This document shows, one piece after another, positions 59,778 to 64,000 of a stretch of DNA of 64,000 nucleotides (the stretch's first letter is position 1; the number at the start of each line of letters is the position of its first letter). Position numbers and translations under genes: made by a program. The DNA is from Nitrospinaceae bacterium. GTDB taxonomy: Bacteria > Nitrospinota > Nitrospinia > Nitrospinales > VA-1. Under the pieces are notes generated by a model. That model made no database searches. It had not been told where the DNA came from and saw only the letters and a program-made list of their open reading frames with translations. The DNA is taken from positions 1,251 through 65,250 of the forward strand of contig JALPWY010000002.1 of the NCBI GenBank assembly GCA_023271875.1, written 5' to 3'.

Positions 59778-60913
59778 GATGGTTCCTTTTTTTGATACAG
59801 GACTATTCTTTTGTTCCTCTTCTCATAATCTTCCGTTGTGTTGATGTTCATAAACTTTGACCGGTCTGCTTCGTCGATCTTTAATTTTTTAAATGGGAGT
59901 GCCTCAATAATCCTGGACATGGAAAGCTCTCGTCTTGACATGGCTTCAAAAAGAGGAACAATGAATTTTGGTTCGTAAATGGCGCACATAGGCTCATAAC
60001 CGAAACGGCCTTTTTGAACATAGCAGGTACCATATCTTAATGGGTCTCGCTCTTGAAATATTCTCTCGAAATCATCTGCCTTTAAAAAGGGCATATCGCA
60101 TGCGGTTATCATCCACGCCTTATCCGGAAACTGCCCCATTAAAGTAGCTAAACCACCTACCGGTCCCATGTTAATATGCTCGTCGTTAATACGCTCGACA
60201 TTTTTGATCGTGGATAATGAACTCATATCCAGATCGGCCCGCGAGGAAAGAAATATTTTGTTACAAAATTTGCTCAATAGTTTGACCGCCTTCTCTGTTC
60301 CCGATACACCATCGTAGGTGAGCGAAAACTTTGGTTTCCCCATTCGCGTGCTTTGACCTCCTACAAAAACAGCTCCAAAAAGTTCGCTGGCACAGTTTTT
60401 AAAGTGCCCATTGACGAAATCAAAAATTTTTTCCACCTCGTCCCGGTGGAATAGGGGGATCCCCCGCTCAATAAATGGCTCCAGCGCCCCTACCCCCTGA
60501 TGGACAATGGCACGAATGCCCTGGCTGTCAGGGGGAATGGGCAGTTTGCCTGCGGCATCAAGAAACACAATTTTGTTGAATGGAGACTGCTTGTATCCTT
60601 CGATCAGGATGCAGTCACAGCGTTCTAAGGCATGCGTGATTGTGAGTTGCTTGAAATCATTATCTGCAAGAACTCCAAAGTGGGTCGGATCATTGATCGC
60701 CACAATTCCGGCGCCAGCTTCACGAACACGCGCGGTGTCTTTCCCGGTTTTGTCCATCTTAAACCGGTGCGAATCGTGCTTGTAATAACCAACACGGATA
60801 TTTTCTTCCCGGAAGCGTGCCACCAGCCGCTCGACCAGGGTAGTTTTGCCCACACCGGAAAAGCCAGCAAAACACAAAAACGGAGCTTTGAACTGTTCCC
60901 AATAACTGTCCAT
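59774..60913 (-). CDS. mobBA: MobB-MobA fusion (molybdopterin-guanine dinucleotide biosynthesis)
   Basis: N-terminal GFSGVGKTT/KHD/GKDT/EGYK (MobB); C-terminal GG.S.RMG..K, GP.GG, ACDMP, NINT..D (MobA). Confidence 0.9.
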   Translation of the reverse strand: MDSYWEQFKAPFLCFAGFSGVGKTTLVERLVARFREENIRVGYYKHDSHRFKMDKTGKDTARVREAGAGIVAINDPTHFGVLADNDFKQLTITHALERCDCILIEGYKQSPFNKIVFLDAAGKLPIPPDSQGIRAIVHQGVGALEPFIERGIPLFHRDEVEKIFDFVNGHFKNCASELFGAVFVGGQSTRMGKPKFSLTYDGVSGTEKAVKLLSKFCNKIFLSSRADLDMSSLSTIKNVERINDEHINMGPVGGLATLMGQFPDKAWMITACDMPFLKADDFERIFQERDPLRYGTCYVQKGRFGYEPMCAIYEPKFIVPLFEAMSRRELSMSRIIEALPFKKLKIDEADRSKFMNINTTEDYEKRNKRIVLYQKKEPS

Positions 60914-61490
60914 AAGACCTAGTATTAGACCGCCATAATCCGAGCAGGTACCCCCTTGATCAGGCGACAGGCTTATATAAATGATTAAAAAATATAGATT
61001 TAGACATTATTTCCGATCGTTATGTTTCTGTCAACCGTTTATGTAGTCCGATACAGAAACTTGATGAGGGTTGTTTTTTCGTCAAGATCATGGTTGCACT
61101 TTAAAAAATACTTATGACATTTAACATTGACCACTCATCAGGTAAAGTCTCGATAGTTTACCCACACCAAAATAAATTGACCCTACAATTAAGCAGATAC
61201 GGTATTACCCGGTAGTTCACCTATTTTGTAGAATCGATGTCAAACTCGTTCACTCTTCACCGAAAGAATACATTCGTCTTGAGTGCATCTGATAAAAATT
61301 TGATTGCTAAGGAGCTCGTAGTACTTTTTCCATTTCAAGGGGGGGCACTTATTGCTAGAATCGTCAGGCAGGTAATTACAGATGTTTTAGTTTTATTAGT
61401 TTGTCTCCTTAAAGCCCGGTTTTCTTTGAGCTTTGAAAATTTTCCTAGCCCAGTAACTAATTTTCTTCCACCACTCGATGCCCCTTGCAA

Positions 61491-63458
61491 ATGAAGTTAC
61501 AAGTTAGCACTTCGAAAGCAATGATTTTACTGTTTTTTCTAGCGGTTTGCTTGCGTCTGCCTACCCTTGGGAGTGTTCTTTCTGGTGATGAGGCGACAAC
61601 TTTTCTCATGCACGCTGGGTCTTCCTGGGAGAGTTTGTTTTTAAGTTATCTGGGGCCCAATCAGCACACGCTATTTTCAGTTTTGTCAAATTTGATGATG
61701 GAAATATTTGGTGACAGCGAAGTAGCTTTTCGCCTGCCATCAATGATGGCGGGGTCTTTAGCTGTTCCACTTACTGTTTTGATCGGGAAACGCTTAACAG
61801 GATCGATAGCAGTAGGTTGGATTGCAGGTATCTTGATGGCTTTTTCCGCGTCCAACATCCTTTGGTCTCAGGTGGGGCGTGGGTACTCTCTAACCATTTG
61901 CCTTTCCTTGGCGGTGATTTTTTTTACTTTAAAAGGAGAAGATGATTTTTCACGTTGGAGTTGGAGGTGTGGACTTGCTTTGTCAGGTTTGGCGATGGTA
62001 TTGACTCTCCCGAGCAACGTATATTTTCTTCTTGGATGTGCGGTCGCGTTTTTTGTTCGCTTTCACATGATAACCAAACCAAGTAAGTCATCTTATCTCA
62101 AGGAAAAGGCGAAGAGCTTCGTTCCATGGGCGATTTTGTTTTCGCTGGTCTTGGTTTATTTTTTTCTGAACTTGTCCGATCTGCAACGCGGGGTAAAAAT
62201 ATATAAAGAATACGCGCGTCTACTTGAAGGACTGGAAAACCTTGCTTTCACGCCAGCCCGAATTATTGGGATATTTGAAAACTTGATATCACCCTGGGGT
62301 CTTTGGGCCTACTTATTATTTTTTATTGGTTGGGGGGGATTGAAAGGTGAGCGTGTTCTCCAACTATTTTTCATACTGATCGTCCCAATCGGCTTTGCTT
62401 GGTCTTCTGAGCTTTTGGGACCGCCACGGTCCTATATTTACTTGTTGCCACTGGTATTAATGCTGATGGCAAATGGAACCTTGATTTTGAGTCGAGTGTT
62501 GAGTGGCTGGTTTACATGGTCACACATGAAAGAGGTTACAGTTGTTTTGGTTGCCGTTGGGTTTCTTTGGTCCCCAATCACGAATCTTAAGGGTTATTAC
62601 CCGTCTCGACTGGGAAATACTTACGCCTCGATCAATGAGGCCAAACAGGTGAGCGAATATATAACGAGGGAAACGACACCCCACCAAATGGTTGTATTTT
62701 CATTTGATGATAGGGTTTTACGTTTCTTCGTTGAGGAGCAGGTGGCCAAGAAAATGGCTCAGATATTCACGGAAGAAAACTTGGATGGGTTGCTCTTTAT
62801 TGGGCATAAAGATATCGCACCTAAAAACCTGCCCCTGGTAGGTTTGGTTAAGGCTTCCCCACTGTCTGACCATTCATTTGTCTTGGTGCAGGAAATTGGA
62901 GATCTTCGCGTTTACAAGCTGGACGTTCAAGCGGTATCTCTGTTTACCACGGGCAGTGCCCCTGATGTTCAGTCACGATTCGATTTGGAAAAACATTCCA
63001 GGCTTGAGGTAACGACAATGCCTTCCCCGTGGACTGGAGATCGTCGAATGTTGGTTATTCAAAAAAACGGGGAAACCGACTTCCTTTTTAAATCACATCA
63101 ATCCAAGTTACTGGAAAGTGAAGGTAAAACAGGCTATCTATTGTCGGTGTTTGGTAGAAAACTTGACCAGAGCTCGATTGCTGGAATTCTCAGGAGCGGA
63201 AAGGGGGAGGCCAGCATGGTGTTTTTGAACTACATGTCGGGTATTTTCCGGGAAGAAGGTCAGCTTGACTGGTTTCCCGTGCATCCTTATTATAATTTTA
63301 GACCGGTTCCCGATAATTTGGAGCCGTTTTGGCGGATCGAGTTTTCAATCATGGCATTACATAATGGGGGGCAGGAAATTAGGGAGGCTTTTAGTCTTAA
63401 GGATCGTATGAGCTATTTTGATGGGTTTCACTCCTATTTGCTTTACCCCGAGTCTTAA
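61491..63458 (+). CDS. GT-C (PMT/ArnT-like) glycosyltransferase with extracytoplasmic C-terminal domain
   Basis: LSGDE, NQH.L, FG.SE.AFRLPS, SQ..RGY. Confidence 0.8.
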   Translation: MKLQVSTSKAMILLFFLAVCLRLPTLGSVLSGDEATTFLMHAGSSWESLFLSYLGPNQHTLFSVLSNLMMEIFGDSEVAFRLPSMMAGSLAVPLTVLIGKRLTGSIAVGWIAGILMAFSASNILWSQVGRGYSLTICLSLAVIFFTLKGEDDFSRWSWRCGLALSGLAMVLTLPSNVYFLLGCAVAFFVRFHMITKPSKSSYLKEKAKSFVPWAILFSLVLVYFFLNLSDLQRGVKIYKEYARLLEGLENLAFTPARIIGIFENLISPWGLWAYLLFFIGWGGLKGERVLQLFFILIVPIGFAWSSELLGPPRSYIYLLPLVLMLMANGTLILSRVLSGWFTWSHMKEVTVVLVAVGFLWSPITNLKGYYPSRLGNTYASINEAKQVSEYITRETTPHQMVVFSFDDRVLRFFVEEQVAKKMAQIFTEENLDGLLFIGHKDIAPKNLPLVGLVKASPLSDHSFVLVQEIGDLRVYKLDVQAVSLFTTGSAPDVQSRFDLEKHSRLEVTTMPSPWTGDRRMLVIQKNGETDFLFKSHQSKLLESEGKTGYLLSVFGRKLDQSSIAGILRSGKGEASMVFLNYMSGIFREEGQLDWFPVHPYYNFRPVPDNLEPFWRIEFSIMALHNGGQEIREAFSLKDRMSYFDGFHSYLLYPES

Positions 63459-63810
63459 AGAGGTGCAGGCGGACTCTTGGTTGTCAGGATCGAGAAAAGT
63501 CCGGTTACCTTCAGCATTTTTTCTGGAAACTAGACGGCGGTCATGAGTTTGTGGAGGAGTATGAGACTGTCTTCGGGGGGGGCTACCCTGATGATCCCTT
63601 TGTGATACCGCATTTTCGAATTCATTGTGAAGAGAGTTTTCTAAACGATATCATTTAAAACTTACTTGGTTTGACAATCATTTGTCTATTGCTTTAGTAT
63701 ATTTTTTTCGTCACGACTTTAAAATGATTGTTTCTCAAACAGGGGGCATACAACTTGGCTTCCATTTGATTCCATTGTCCCTGTAATCCAAAAATTAAGG
63801 AAATTAAACG

Positions 63811-64000
63811 ATGAAAGCTTTGACCCGAAACCTAGTGGTTGTTTTATTGAGCACGCTATTGTTAACGGCTGTAGTATCGGCCCAGGAGATTGCGCTAATT
63901 GAAACCAAATTCGGGAAGATAGAAATCCAATTTTTTAAAGACAAAGCACCCGGTCATGTAAAAAACTTTAAAGATTTAGCCAAGAAAGGGTTTTATGATG
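63811..64000 (+). CDS. Periplasmic cyclophilin-type PPIase (5' part, runs off the window)
   Basis: Hand translation: signal peptide followed by IETKFGKIEIQFFKDKAPGHVKNFKDLAKKGFYD. Confidence 0.88.
   Translation, partial: MKALTRNLVVVLLSTLLLTAVVSAQEIALIETKFGKIEIQFFKDKAPGHVKNFKDLAKKGFYD

Noticed and set aside
58094-60922. Multiple plus-strand ORFs of 60-156 aa
   Set aside because: They are antisense shadows of the GC-richer FG-GAP, moeA and mobBA genes.
60914-61490. Possible Moco riboswitch upstream of mobBA, and the 85-aa ORF at 61237-61494
   Set aside because: No Moco RNA consensus is visible, and the ORF has no recognisable motif or RBS.
63575-63582. G8 homopolymer in an intergenic region
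   Set aside because: It is not inside a credible gene or promoter spacer, so there is no evidence for phase variation.
1-64000. tRNA, rRNA, CRISPR arrays and IS elements
   Set aside because: By eye I saw no T-loop/cloverleaf signatures, regularly spaced repeats or transposase ORFs. A tRNAscan/Infernal run is needed to exclude small RNAs.

Overview
AT-rich bacterial chromosome segment with about 54 genes. The gene content (alginate-export-type porin, futalosine-pathway mqnC, hopanoid hpnA, moeA/mobBA, many TPR/NHL proteins) suggests a marine Nitrospina-like nitrite oxidizer; this is an inference. The left ~27 kb is mostly housekeeping: radA, ispD, bcp, mutY, queE, dcd, scpB, rluB, mqnC, cobA-hemD, rsmA, pdxA, pckA. 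The region ~31-51 kb, plus one gene at ~61.5-63.5 kb, is a surface-glycosylation locus with GT2, GT4 and GT-C enzymes, a flippase and methyltransferases, interrupted by prfB with its programmed +1 frameshift. I recognised no tRNA, rRNA, CRISPR array or intact mobile element. The most notable observations are: (1) an intact, apparently expressed integron-integrase-like recombinase whose catalytic His and Tyr are lost in frame, with a palindrome upstream; (2) an unannotated cysC::sulfotransferase deletion-fusion pseudogene; (3) a TM-TPR-cupredoxin protein with a possible FTR1-type periplasmic domain; (4) four GT-C enzymes, one fused to TPRs; (5) a GT4 gene frameshifted in a T9 tract; (6) a double-headed NHL/coiled-coil protein; (7) a structured, repeat-containing leader before the porin gene.
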